A DNA stretch of 63,676 bases, the filler included, from Cercozoa sp. M6MM (Eukaryota > Protista > Endomyxa: Ascetosporea): the NCBI GenBank assembly GCA_040357565.1. It is 11 parts of 11 records of this genome, joined end to end, with 100 filler letters (N's around TTAATTAATTAA, not from the genome) between each part and the next. Parts side by side here need not be neighbours in the genome. Positions count along the whole stretch, not along the records: positions 43,341 to 48,230 come from JBDODJ010001027.1; positions 48,331 to 52,308 come from JBDODJ010001255.1; positions 52,409 to 57,747 come from JBDODJ010000924.1; 8 more parts are not named here. One strand, 5' to 3'. A program made the position numbers and the translations under genes. Position 1 is the first letter of the stretch, and each line of letters starts with the position of its first letter. Under the pieces are notes generated by a model. The model searched no databases and was not told the DNA's origin. It was given only the letters and a program-made list of their open reading frames with translations. Below, one piece after another: positions 44,406-57,330 of this stretch.

Positions 44406-45879
44406 TTAAACACTATTAGTCTTTGGCCTTGCAGTTCGATCTGTCCACTCACTGAACTTTCTTGAAACCAACTTGAACAGCTCGGTGTTGCGGTGTCTCT
44501 GCGTTGCAGTGAGAGTGCGGTCGTGCCTCGTGCGATCCGGGTGAAGCAACTTCGCAGCTTCCTTGTACGCACTTCGCAGTTCGCGTACCGATGAGCGCTC
44601 AGACAGAGTAGTCGGATTGGAACGAGTGCTCCGTTGACAAAGCAAGCGCTGCAACAATTTCCAAAGCGGCATCTTTGACAAAGACTGCACTTCCCCGTCG
44701 ATCAACTTGCGCTGCTCATGCAACTCGCGCCGCTCTTGTAGGTGTTTCGCAGCAGCCGGCAGGTTTTCGAATCGCAGTCTCTTGGCAAGCTCCAGCAACA
44801 TCCGTTCTAGCACAGATCGGTCAATTGGCGCTCGACTGTAAAGCGGTTGCTCAGAGTCCCCCAGTTGACAGAGCTGGACGTAGATTCGCTTTAACTTGCC
44901 AGCTGACATGCCTTGCAAGAATGCTTCGTCAGCTGAGTCTCTCCTCGATTTAAGTCCACTCTCGTTATTCGCGCTGCTGCGCTTTGATACCATCGAAGAA
45001 GCGGATGATGTGCGACTCTGTGGTTTCTTCGCATGTGTGCACTGAAACCCTATCTCTCCAAGTGCGTCTGCTTGATCTCGCAGAGCTCTTTCCACTGTTC
45101 TTTGTGTTGCCCGAAACTGCGCTCGCCAATCATACCCAAACGAGGCTGTCCTTCCTGAACAGATGAAAACGTTCCTGCTTCGGCTGCACTAAGAGGTTCA
45201 AGAGTTACCGGCTTCGTGCTTTTGGCGAACGAGAACGCGATCGCGCAGCGAAGACAGAAACTGACGAATGCTATCAAAGTCTGGGTCAAACTGCGGCTTT
45301 TCGCCGACCAAAGAATCACTAAGTGGCTGCTTCGCAACAGTGCCTGCTTGTGCGTTGACGAAGAACAAGCGAGCATTGAGTCTTCTTGCCAAGGGAGTGA
45401 CTTCGTTGCTGATCGACACCCGGAAGCGTGATGATGCTGCATCAGCATGTGTCGCGATCAAAGCAGCCACGAAGTTCCCTCTTCTCTACCAAAAACTCAG
45501 TTCGCTGAAAGCGCACAATATGCGCCCGAAATACTCGTTTTACCTGAGGTATGTTTCGAAGAGCGTGTTCCGCAGTCGTCCAGGTTTGTCGGTCTATCAG
45601 TGAGAACACAAACACTGCCGTGTGAGCGAAGGATACTATTTGCGGCAGCATGGTTGAGCAGTCACTATCAGACTCCGGGAGCGAAGCATCGATTGCTGTC
45701 AGCGTACAACTAGCGGCTTCGGCTTGATGCTCAGATAGGTACACTGTGACGACGTCGAGCACCGTCGTAGCTGGCACTTCAGCGATCTGTCGCGAACGAA
45801 GCGCGCAGGTATGTTTGACCACACTGCTAGAGCCACATGCCGTGCCCCCAGCGAAGAGCACTCTTACCTCTGTGGCCAT
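44406..45879 (-). CDS. Degenerate Ras/Rab-like GTPase domain + linker + C-terminal J-domain (RJL/Rbj-like architecture), 3 exons
   Basis: VRVLFAGGTACGSSSVV (G1-like), TLTAIDAS (G3-like), AHTAVFVFSLIDRQTW, ALIATHAD (G4-like), LARRLNARLFFVNAQAG (G5-like); J-domain ELRSAYKEAAKLLHPDRT...ELFKLVS. Confidence 0.75.
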
Positions 45880-46391
45880 TGCTCCACGAACACGCTTCGC
45901 GCTGCTGCTTTAAGGCTTCGATCAAGAAAAAATCGTCCTCGCATTTGTCGTGGTACGCGCGGCTGGCGGGGTGGTCAGCCAGTCATTGATCGAGAAACGC
46001 CTGGCAACAACATTCCCGCCTTATTCGAGTAACAGAGTGCCCAGAGCGTGTACACAAAAGCGAAACACTCGAAACTAGTTTGATCACGGTCGACTCCCGG
46101 TAGAGGTGCTGATTTTCTTTAAGAATTTGGAGCCGGCACTTTCCCACGTTTGACACGGCCACGCGAGTGAGTTTTACGGCATACGTTGTTAGTAACTGCT
46201 CGCTCAGTGCGTGAGGTCTCGCAACAGCGGGTTGCTGGTAATAATCACGTGTGCGTGGAAACCGGGCATCATCTTTCTCATTGCCCCGAGTGCAGTCGGC
46301 GGTGTCAAACGGCCTCATAACATTTGAGCGTTGGGAGACGGAGAGGTGTGTCACACGTGCCGTGAGACGGCCTAAATTGCAGCATCAACAC

Positions 46392-48224
46392 ATGTCGAGC
46401 GAATCGACAGCGTATGGTACTCGGCCCATGTTGCACCGCATCCGTTTTTTACCCAGTTTATTTTCGTTCTTTCTTGTCCTGCTTTGTGTTAAAGTTTTGA
46501 GACACTTCCCTCGTTCGTGTAGCGCCAGATCGCATCACATTACGAGTAGACTCATGGCCGAATTTCGCACTTTCTTTCTATAAAGGTACGAGGTTCATCT
46601 GATCTGTTTCTCGCCTCTGATCGGTTATACGTATGGATGACCAATTCCAGGCCAGCCGAACCAAGCCGAATGCAGCATCGACGATGTCTCGGTGCGTATC
46701 CTGGCCTTGAGTGGGTACGACTACGGCAAGCACCTGGTACAACGCGTCGCGCAGGAGGTCTCGCTGGACGCTGCTCAACGACTTTTGGTACCCCCCCCCC
46801 CCGTGGTGAAAGCTGGTATCATGGGGAGGGACTGTGCAGATTGCCAAGCTGTGCGAGGTGGGAGCCAAATTCTTTGCCGACGAGCAAGGCAGCCGGCTGC
46901 TGTGCATGCATATGCGCATTGCACTGCCTAGAGAGGTGTTCGAAGGGTTCATGCGCGAGGTCAACAAGCTGGGTACTTTACCCACTTTTATCTGTGCACT
47001 TTCGCATGTGCAACTGTGTCGGTCTAGATACCAGTCGTATCGAAGCAGTGCTCAGGGACTACCCGGTGTTGCTGCAGTCCTACCGCGACTTTCTGCACTG
47101 TGGTTCCTCCTCTCTCAGTCCCTTCCCTACCATATCGTTCTTACCCTGCCATCTTCCCCTATCGTTCTTACTCTATCATTCTTACTCTATCATTCTTACT
47201 CTATCATTCTATGTCGTTCTAATTCTACCATTTTTACTCTATCGTTCTGACTCTATCATTCTTACACCGACCCTTGTGCCTGTACAGCTCACTATCACGA
47301 GAAATCAGAGCAGAGTGCACCCAGTGGCACCCTGATGGACATGCTGCTGCCTTCTGCCAAGTCGCAGAAGCCAACGACGTCGCTATCGGTGCCTGCAGCA
47401 ACCACGCCGAGTGAAAGCACTCAGCGCGTGGATGAACTCCTGGTACATTAGACCGTATGGACACAATATGTGTACGTATCTGAATAAGTATTTATATATC
47501 TTATATATAATGTTATAGGTATATATGTATGCATAGATATAAATAAACGCTGTTGCATAGGGCGCCTTCCGTGCCTCGGTGCAGTCGCTGATCGGTGGAC
47601 TGTCGCGTCGGCAGCAGCGTAGTGTCGGCGAGGCGGCGCTGCAGCTGCCACATATCCGTCGCGCCATTGTGGTATCTTACCCTCCCCTGGACCTTACCTC
47701 TTTTACCTCTACTTCCGCCGTTTGAAGCAACGGCGACAGAAGGCGTTCGTAGCGGCTCAGAACGACGTTTTCTTCGAGCGCAACGCCAAATTTGTCGTAT
47801 GCTCGCTCACCCCCATCCTTTTAACTCCCCCAGCCTTTTAACCCCTCCCCCTCCCCGTGTGCAGAAGATGCCGTCAGTAGCAACGGCGAGTGTGCCGCGA
47901 CAGGTCGAGGAAGTCTCCCTGCCGTGCACGGAACTCGTCTACGAAGACAAGGACGTGCCTCTGCCTGGTACATCATTTCTTAGGGGGATGGCAGGGGGGT
48001 ATACTGCACTATGCATATATCCAGCTGCCTGGACGGTCGGTCGACGTGACATGATGTTCCCCAATGCTGAAATGTAGCACTATCTTTTGAGCACATTCTC
48101 TGCAGTTTCATGTGCCCGCGCGAATGTCAGCAGTGAACCGCAAAAGCGGCCGCGCAGTGAGGACGACGAAGTGGCCGAAGAAGAGCCGAACGACGAAGCG
48201 CCCGCCAAGCGTCGGCGCATCGTT
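46392..48224 (+). CDS. Hypothetical nuclear protein with PAH/harmonin-homology-like helical segment and bipartite NLS (3' truncated)
   Basis: MRIALPREVFEGFMREVNKLDTSRIEAVLRDYPVLLQSYRDFLH; KRPRSEDDEVAEEEPNDEAPAKRRR. Confidence 0.55.
47150..47270. repeat. Intronic 14-bp minisatellite (ctatcattcttact)n
   Basis: Degenerate tandem copies. Confidence 0.75.
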
Positions 48225-48330
48225 GGTAAGNNNNNNNNNNNNNNNNNNNNNNNNNNNNNNNNNNNNNNNNNNNNTTAATTAATTAANNNNNNNNNNNNNN
48301 NNNNNNNNNNNNNNNNNNNNNNNNNNNNNN

Positions 48331-48377
<47 letters not shown>

Positions 48378-48599
48378 CGTGTGTGTATGTTTGTGGTGTG
48401 TGTGCGTGCGAGTGCGTGTGTGTCACACACGCACACACACCCGAACATCAGTCAGACCAACGCCTGTCCAGCTTCTTACGTACTTAGTTGGTCGTTACCT
48501 TAGTTCAGCACTGGTCTGAATCCGTGCGTTAACTCGTAAGCGCTTGCCGAAGAATTGTGTCGTAATTTATTAAAGAGCAGATGCAATTTATTAAAGAAA

Positions 48600-48713
48600 G
48601 TCGTTCTAATTGTCCATGAAATATGTCCAAAAAGACCGGCTGCGAGTCCTGTAATTGTCCACGATCCTTGAAATGGCTTATTGTCTGGACATATTTGAGG
48701 CGCTTTCCTTGTA
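48600..48713 (+). mobile_element. Right end of the same putative TIR family
   Basis: TCTGGACATATTTGAGGCGCTTTCCTTG|TA, preceded by AATTGTCC/AAATATGTCC repeats also seen at 43027-43092. Confidence 0.7.
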
Positions 48714-48768
48714 GTTGCCGATGTGGATTATAAAAAAGCTATTTTAACTGTTGTCCGCGTTTGTGACA

Positions 48769-50578
48769 ATGACTCAGGTACCCGACAGCTAAGTGGACTG
48801 GATTGTGCATCCAAAACTCTGAGTTTTTTCCAAGTTGTCTGTTTCCGGGTCGACACGTGTGTATTTAGAAAAATACCGATACCGTTAGTCAAGGTGCGTT
48901 TGAGCTTGAGTTTGAAAGGTCGCCGAACGACAACAATGAAATCAGCATCCTGGGCACTGGTAAAGTTGCGCGTGTCCCTGTTATATTTACTGTAATGCCC
49001 ACAGGGTCTAGCAGCGTCGTCTTAGCAGCACGTGCGATAGAGGAAGGAACCCGGTCACACCTTGACTTAGCGGTGAAAGTGATGCCTTACACGAGGTGTT
49101 ACTTCCCCTATCCCGATGCTGCACAGAACATGCCGTTTTGTCTTGGTTGGCAGCGACTCGGACAATCAGATGCACGTAGTGATGTCGACACAGGATAGAC
49201 ACCTCGTCCGCTGTCCCACATACCGAATCTTCAACAAACTTGACATACTCGCCATGGACCGAGCCCTGTTTCGCGTTCTTGTACGCTCTATATTTTTCGA
49301 TTTCTATTTTTCGGGTTGCTTGGATGACGCCAAGGAACCACAAATTCATGGATGCAGGAACAACTGGCACCCCTGTCGCAAAGATTCATCCTGCTCGGCA
49401 TGGAGCGCTGCGAAAGCATTCTGTTTTGTCCTCCCGACGAGGTGAGTTTTCTTTTCTGCTCTGTCTATGTGGACATGTGTTGGATGTGTGCAGGTGAGAA
49501 AAATGTGTCGCAACATTGCTGAAGCACTCGATTATCTTCACCGCAACGGCAAAGTGCACGGAAACCTGCATGCTGGACAAATCTACCGCGCACGCACTAC
49601 TGTATCTGCCGCTTGTAAATTGCACATGCCAACATCGCAAAAGAACCTGCCGCTCACGTTCAGTACGTTCTTGGCGGGTTGACGAAGATACGACGAGGCA
49701 ATCGTACAGCAGCCTTCTGCTCCGTGGGCGTTTGCTGAGTAGTACTACATGAAACGCAGGAAACGATCGAAGAGAGGCGATCAGGAAGTTTGGACAAGCT
49801 GTTGATTGCCTGGCTTCCACAATGTGCCAGGTCAGTCCTGTACTACTTTCTTGAAAAACTAACCTCGTTTCTGTTCATCGATTGGGTGCAGAACGAACAG
49901 CTGCGCGAATTCATTGAATTGTGCACTAGCCTTGATAGCTCTGTGACCATTCGGCAGTTGCTGCAGCACCCGTTTTTGGCGGATCCCTCACATGTCGGTA
50001 TCTCCAGCCAGACCCACAGCATTGCGAGAAACCGTAGTGACAGCCTGTCCTCGTGCTCCTCGGCTTCTTCGGCGTCAAGTTTGAATCTCAAGGTAGACAG
50101 CAAGCTTCGTTCGCAGTTTCTGGAGTAAAGGCATACAAACAAATGTGCGACTGGCATAGAAGGGAGACACTGGCTGTGCAAAATACCGAGAGACACGCAA
50201 GCGTATCCGCGTCTTGCTGGCGCAGTCAATGACACGTGTTCCTCAGTTCGCAAGGTTGTCGCAGCGCGAAGCTGTTGTGCAGGTAAATATAGTGTTTTCA
50301 AAACTGAGTTTGACTTTGTAGTAAACATTTACTTGAAGCACAGTCCTTTTTATACAACAGGCGACACGGGAGCTGGCGAATCTGTTCGAAGACAAGAGCT
50401 GGCCTGGCAGGTATTTCCTAACGCTTTTCTGCCATTTCTGACGCTGAGGAACAACCGGTGCTGTCGCGGGTTTCTTAGAGCGCAAGGCGCGCGCAAAGCT
50501 GCACTGGCAATCGAACACGCACCCAAGTCAACGTGCTGCACGCCAGCGGGCTTCCTGGCAGCTTTCCATTTTTCGTGA
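48769..50578 (+). CDS. Protein kinase-fold protein, probable pseudokinase
   Basis: ILGTGSSSVV...LAVKVM; IAEALDYLHRNGKVHGNLHAGQI; LREFIELCT...TIRQLLQHPFL; 3' end approximate. Confidence 0.75.
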
Positions 50579-50870
50579 GATGTGATGCTGTATGCTTCGT
50601 GTTGGTTGGATGGAGATCTGAACTGCCCGCAGAGTGTCACTGGGCCGCGTACGACCAAATGGCTCGTCTTCTTCGCTAACAGCTGGGAACAACAACAACA
50701 GCAGCAACACGCAGCTGTATCCGACACGGCGGACCTGATCGCTGCGCTCGGCTTGCGCTGAGCTAGTTGTAGTACGTATGTCGCATGTCTGCAGTCGGCA
50801 CCGTAAGATCAAATCACCACGCCACGTGCATGGATCGGATGACCCCTGATAAATATATTACTGCAGTTGG

Positions 50871-52260
50871 GTTAAAGCAAATCAAGAATGTCGACATCCT
50901 CTGACTCAGAGTCGCCAGTACGCGGAGCGACCTTATTTGCCTGCGCAATCGACATCGGGCATAATGAAAGCCCTCAAGTTGCACACCAAGACAGTGTGGG
51001 TACCGCTAAAACCTTCGCAGGTGCGTCGAGTACGATTTCCATCGACTGTGGAAGGCTTTCGCAGGGGTCGGCGTTGTCGATACCGACTTCCATTGACATC
51101 TCCATCGACAGGGAATCCTGCTGTACCATCCTCCTGCGCTTTTTCGGTGGCTCCTCGTCGCTCAAGTCGAGCAGATCGTCGAAATCGTTCACTGGGCGTT
51201 CTTTCATCGGAGTTTCTTCTTTGGTCTCTTCATGCGGTTCTTCGACCACGCGTTTTTCTTGGACTTCTGCAACTGGGCGACCTTGTTTCCGACGCGAACG
51301 CAGTCTTTTTCTGAGAGTAAAAACTCAATGAAAACGTATCACAAGCAAAAAAGGCATACGCGGTTGAAGGCTTGGCTGGAGGTTTGATTGGAGGTTTGGC
51401 AGGTGCACTCAACACGTCTGACAGTGCCTACACAAGAGAAAACATACAAGGAAACAAAAGGACATCAGGCAAATCACCTGTTCTCGTTTCTTCCTTTGTT
51501 TCTCCAAAGTTGCTTTCGTTGATGACTGTGCCAAATCGTGTTTCGTTTTTGTAAAGACACTCAGTAAAGTCAGGCAATACCTTGAATTCTACTTCAGCTT
51601 CGAATGCCTTTTTGCGCTTCTCTGCAGAGCACGAAAGTCCATTGCAAACACCACAACGACCAAAACCTCAGATACTCTCAAGTTCCTCTTCTCGAGCCAG
51701 TTTCTCTTGCAACTGGAGGTAATCTTCCGCACTCAGTCCCTGTAGAAAAGAGCAAGTTTGAGAAAACTGTTTTGTTAAAGAGACGTACTAAAGCACCGTT
51801 TCATGCGCAGATGACCTTGTCTCCACGAGTTTAACTTTTCTTTGCGCCAAAGCCATGTAGGAACATTTACAGAAGCAGTTTTCACTACCTCGTCTGGAAA
51901 AACTTGAGAAAGAAATGATCACGCAGCACGTGCGGATTCGTCTGATCAGCCGAATCATTGCCCACGTGGACCGCGGTGATTTCAACCACATCCGCCACTT
52001 CAGTCGCAACTGCTCAGACAGTACCCGTTTGGTTCAAACATTGAATCAAACGTAACGTACTATCTTCAGCTTCCATGTGCGGTTGAACCGTGCGCCAGCC
52101 GTCGCTTTCTTCGAGTGGTTCAACTGGCACATCCTCTTCCCTCAAGCCAACGTTGGAGTCCTCGGCGAAAACAGCGGCGGGTTGCTGGTCGTCTTTCTCT
52201 TCCTTAATCTCCACGAAAGCATCGGAAACATCGGCAACCTCTCCTGAAAGCACGTCTTTC
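50871..52260 (-). CDS. Hypothetical acidic protein with NLS (5' truncated)
   Basis: Exons such as DFDDLLDLSDEEPPKKRRRM and final GDSESEDVDILDLL*. Confidence 0.5.
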
Positions 52261-52262
52261 GA

Positions 52263-52308
<46 letters not shown>

Positions 52309-52429
52309 NNNNNNNNNNNNNNNNNNNNNNNNNNNNNNNNNNNNNNNNNNNNTTAATTAATTAANNNNNNNNNNNNNNNNNNNNNNNNNNNNNNNNNNNN
52401 NNNNNNNNTCCATGATACCCCTGCCCTAC

Positions 52430-53229
52430 CCCGATTCGTCGCCTTTCGTTCTCTTCGTCGCGCATGCGAAAAACACTCACTTCGGCGTCTTCTCTGGCGT
52501 CACTCAGCAGACGCACTACACAAAGCGAAATTTCGCGAATTTCGAAACAAAGCTTTGACGCAAAGCTTTTGAAGCGATAATTTCGAAATTTTCACCAACG
52601 CTTTGTGAAAATTCAGCGAAAATACCGAGATCATCGCGAAAGGTCGGCGAAGCAATGCCTAAACACACGGCTTGAGTTGAGTCGACTCGAAACAAGCACA
52701 AAGCTTTGGTACCGCGACGCGCCAGTCGGAGTGCGATGCTGCGTGCCGTATGGAGTGCGCGCGAAAGCTCTTCGTTCTCCTCGAACGAGCGCGTCCATGC
52801 GGCTCCTCGCGGCAGCGGCAATGCCCATCTCGCTTCTGCTCGAGAAGCAACTCAACTCTCGAGCAAAGCAACTCGCGCAAAGTGCTTCAAGCGAAAATCA
52901 GTTGAAACACACGGAGAAAGTACCGAAACCACTCATCGAGGTGCGAAAATCGCTCGTCGGAAACCTCCTCTGCGCAAAGCTTCATCCATAGTTTTGACTC
53001 TTTGAGTTGCTTTCGCAAGGGAACACACCTGCATGAGATAGCGCGAATCCTTGCGTGCAGCCAGTTCACGTGCCGCACCCTCGAGGAGAGAGTTCACCAC
53101 ACGCGCGTGCTGCACTTTGTGGTCAGCGACACGCTTGACATTTGTCGAGCCAGGTGCCGCTCTGGCGGCTCGCCTGTCTTGGCGCTGCTCGCGCACAGAT
53201 CGTTTCGAGCGGCACAGAATACTGCGCAT
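52430..53229 (-). CDS. Hypothetical protein (3' truncated)
   Basis: MRSILCRSKRSVREQRQDRR...NSLLEGAARELAARKDSRYLMQ then further exon-like segments. Confidence 0.35.
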
Positions 53230-53467
53230 CCCGAATGATTAGAACCAACAACCACGCCAGCACGCGTTGACACGCCGCTCTACTTGCGCGCTGGAGCTAC
53301 TTCTACCCCCTTAAATTAATTGCATTCCGCTGTCGATAGATTTCGTTTTTTTGTGTCAAACTGAGTGCGCGGAAATACGAAAAAACGCAGGTTGTGATCT
53401 TGGGAGCTAGTGCAAGTGCTCGGAATCCCTCCGTTACGTACGTAGGTCGTGGGTAGTGTCTGCAAAA

Positions 53468-55612
53468 ATGAAGTTGCTGGCGTCGCTGGCCGCTCTGCAG
53501 CTCGCGGTGCGAGGCGAAAGCGATGGCGGATTGCTTCGAGTGGAAAACGGCGTTCTCGTATGCAGCGAGCGTCACTGGAACGATTGCATCGAGGAACAGC
53601 CCTTTTCTCTTGTGTCATTCTCTGGGCCTCCGGTAGAATAATTCTTGTCAGTGGAAAAACTGAACATCCCCAATACCTTGTCGTGGTGCAGGAGTTGTGC
53701 GAGGAGTGCGCAGAGACGAAATCTGTGCTGGAGGAACTTGCAACGTCACTAAAACAGGAAGACCTGACAGTGGCTTCAGTGGACTGCGAGAAGTACGAAC
53801 CTATCTGCCAGAAGCTGCGCGTGCCGGGACTGCCGTCGCTGCTGCTGTTCGATCATGGGCAACCTGCGCTCTACTATCGAGGGCCACGTGACCGAACAGA
53901 GCTTGAGCGATGGACGCGCGCACACATGCAGCCACTGTTGGTGTCACTACAGAACCCTGGCGACTTGAAAGCTGCACTCGAGCGCTACTCGACGCTGCTC
54001 GTGATCGGCACGTCGCGCAAGCAGCCGGGGAGTTTCAACAAGCGCCTCGAGCCACTGGCGCGTGCCCTGCGCGACGTCGACCTCAAGCTCGGTGTTGCCG
54101 TTGCCGACGTTGTCTTTGCTGAGCGAATGTCGCTGAAACTATCGGAGGCAGGCGACGCCGTTGTGCGTAGAACGCACGGTGACGACGTGCCGCTCGCCAG
54201 GTCGCTCGTGCCGGCCGCACTGGGCGAGCCGAGCCAGCAGCAGACCAAGGCACTGCACGAACTGCTCGGCCGCGTCGTCGAAGCTTCTTTCGGTTCTCTA
54301 GACAAACTGGATGCGCTAAGCGCCAAGAAGTACGCCAGCCGCGGCCGACCGGTGGTGGCTTTGTTAGGCGATCCGCGCAGCAAGAGTTTCGAAGACAAAG
54401 CCACTGTTCTGCAGGCACTGCAACAGCGCGACGCCGAAGCCGTGGCTCACTTGTCCTTCGCATGGCTACACCCCGACAGCGAACTCGATGTGGCGAAACG
54501 CATGCGCTCGCAGCGCGAGGAACTCTTCAACAATGCGCAGGTCTTTGTGCTGACTGAAGAGGCGCGCTGGCACTTTGACGGCGACAGCGTCGACTCGCTG
54601 CGCGACTGGGTGCTTCAGTGGAAAGCCGATCCTGCAACGCAGCAGTTGCAGAGCGAAAGCAAAGGTGAATACGGTGACTACGTCGATGCGCCAAAGTATC
54701 CCGAAGCAGTTGACGAAGTCGAAGAGAGTTCAGAGCGAATGCAGATTCGTCTGAACCCACTGGTTAAGGTGCGAGGCGACACATGGCAGCAACTGCTCCA
54801 GAAAGACGGTGTGTTGGGCGACTACGACGCCTTGCGCAGCCGCGATCGCATCGTGCTGATGTGCGACGCCGACGGTCGCGTGGACGACAGTGCGAAACAG
54901 CCGTGCCAGGAGGCACTGCAGGAGTTCCGACAGCTCGCGACGCACTTTGGTCCCTCCGTGAGTGGCGATGATGGCGTCCTGGTCGGCTTCATCGACTCTG
55001 GGCGCAACGAAGTGTACGGCGTGCAGATGTCATCTTCGCCGGTCGTGCTTTTCTTCCCAGCAGGTATATTCCTTCAGTCAGAGTTTCAGTTACTTTAAGC
55101 AGAGGAAGAGCATGCATGAACAGGCACACACGGCGCTGAGGTGACAGAAGAGGTCCCGCACCCGCAGGACAAGAGCACGACCGTCACACGCACGCACAAG
55201 GACTTCCTCGTCTACCGCGACCGCGTGGAGGCTGACGATCTTATCACCTTTATCTGCAGTCTCGGTGAACGTGTCGATGAAGAAAAGAGCTGCGTCGTCG
55301 AGGTCGCTCTCAAGCCTGGTACCGAGTCTTACTGTGGTTGTCGGTCTTTTTACCAAGAACTATGCTAACCCGTGCCTACTACAGGCGAAGAAATGGACGA
55401 AAAGACAAAAGCAATGCTTGATAAGGTGCCTTCACTTTCTCGGTCCAGTCTCTGTAGATACATGTGAACCCACGCAGCTGTACGAGGACGTCGAAGAGGA
55501 AGAAGATGATAACGTCAATCTCGAAGAAGCACCCGGAGCGCCGCGCGTCGTGTCTCAGGAGGACACCGACTCTCCGGCACGTGTGCAAATGGATCTAAAG
55601 GACGAACTTTAA
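53468..55612 (+). CDS. PDI-family multi-thioredoxin ER protein with signal peptide and C-terminal KDEL
   Basis: MKLLASLAALQLAVRG signal; a-domain CEEC...VASVDCEKYEPICQKLRVPGLPSLLLF...YRGPRD; a'-like VLVGFIDSGRNEV...SPVVLFFPAG; ends DLKDEL*. Confidence 0.88.
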
Positions 55613-55850
55613 TAGAATCGAATGAATGACAAGAATAAAAATAATGACGGAAATGACAGAAAAGAGGGGCCGGGCACCGTACGGTGGGAAATCTTGACTC
55701 GACTGATCGGGTACTCGGCTCCGCTCCCACTCTCGTGGCGTTAAATTAAATCAATAATTAAGTGACCGAATTCGAACTGGTGTCGCGTCGACCGAACCGA
55801 AACGCTAAGCTAAGCGGTTTTCTGCGCGTCCGAGTCCGAAAGTGTCGGGA

Positions 55851-57330
55851 TCAGTGGCCTCGCAGTGCTGTCGCCCGTCGACGCAAAGAATGACTGCACG
55901 CATGTTGCGGAATGCATCCCACATGTTGCGAAATGGAGGTCTCAGACCCATAACAACACAGTAGAAGTGGTGAGCCTACGCGTAGCCACTCGAAGCACGA
56001 GATATCGTCATCGAACGAGGCCTCCAAGACCAGCCCGTGCACGGCTTCTTCTCTGTCAATACCAAGGCAACGGTAACCCTCAACTGTGCGAAAGGAAAGG
56101 AGCTTCACACACCTTTCCAAAAAGGTCCGGTATTCCGGATGCCTCGTGTCCAGCTTTCTCTGCCGTATGAGTGTAGGTTAACAGAAATACAGACACAAAA
56201 TGACACAGAGCACACTAAACTTACCGGTCTGTTCAATAGGACGTACACCTCGAGTTGCCGCACCCACGATGGCCGAATGTCGACGCACGGACGCCGTTCT
56301 TCCAGCAGCGCGACTACCTCTTCGACGGACCTGCTTGTACACACATAAACGTACACAAAATGATTGGAATAGACTGTCAAGATGAAAGAACGCACATGTG
56401 TGGGTTCGCTCGTAGCAGGAGCAAGGCGGCAAAGAAGGCAGCACGCGAGCCACCCGAGTGACAGAAACTGAAAAGACAAGGCAATCCACAGGCATAGCCC
56501 GTGTGGCTATCTAGGAAAGGCTAGGAAAGGCTACATGAGGAGACCGCGGCCGTTGCGACGTGCCGCATCCACAATGTCGAAAAAGTCCGTAATCCACAAC
56601 TGCGCAGACCGGAGTGCACACACTCACTTTTCGCATAGGTAGGTAAAGCAAGCGAGTCTACCAGCAGATTGGCGGCGTCAAAGTCACTCACAGGCAATCG
56701 CTCGTGAGACACATTCTCCAGCGCATGGGAAGGCAGGTCCACCTGTGCGAGAAAGAAAAGCAGAACATAGACACAAATATCTAGACACACAAGTCGCACA
56801 GAGTCAGAGTAAAGCCGTACTTCGTGAGTGCAGTTAATCACATGCGAAATCGGCTTGTTTTCTTCGTATCCATCGGCGCATGTCGCGGCCAGTGTGGCAC
56901 CGCGCTGACTGGACCTACACACATTCGAATGCAAACATCTGCACTCATGTGTGCCCAATCTCGGTACAGAAATACAGGCGCCAGGTGGTTCTCCCTGTCG
57001 CAAACGCTGTCCAACCGTTGCGCCTATCCGCACATCCACAAATGTCGCACAGACAAGCCAAGGAGGACGGGCAATACAACAAACGAACCTTCTGCACGAA
57101 ATCGACGAACCCGAAGCGATCGCCCATCGACACGTCCGATTTCTCTTGTCCTTGTTTGGAATAACGAAACTATGAGCAAAAAGTCGCTCGCGAATCGCTC
57201 AGGCGCTTTTTTGATGAGCACACGGTGCTGTTCAACTTCTGTGCAGTCTATAATACACAAGAAGCCGTCCGCACGTGTCCGGAAAATTACGTTTTACAGT
57301 GCCTGTCACATTGTTGGTCATCATTCGGCA
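55851..57330 (-). CDS. Dual-specificity protein phosphatase (atypical DUSP)
   Basis: ISHVINCTHEVDLP...LPVSDFDAANLL...DAARRNGRGLLIFCHSGGSRAAFF...EVVALLEERRPCVDIRPSWVRQL; CX5R intact; ends approximate. Confidence 0.85.

Noticed and set aside
43341-48230. Contig between the two TIRs as transposon cargo
   Set aside because: Separated from both TIRs by artificial spacers; holds ordinary spliced genes and no transposase
55665-55740. GTGGGA...TCCCAC stem as a tRNA or other ncRNA
   Set aside because: No cloverleaf, T-loop or box motifs. I recognised no tRNA, rRNA or snRNA in the window.
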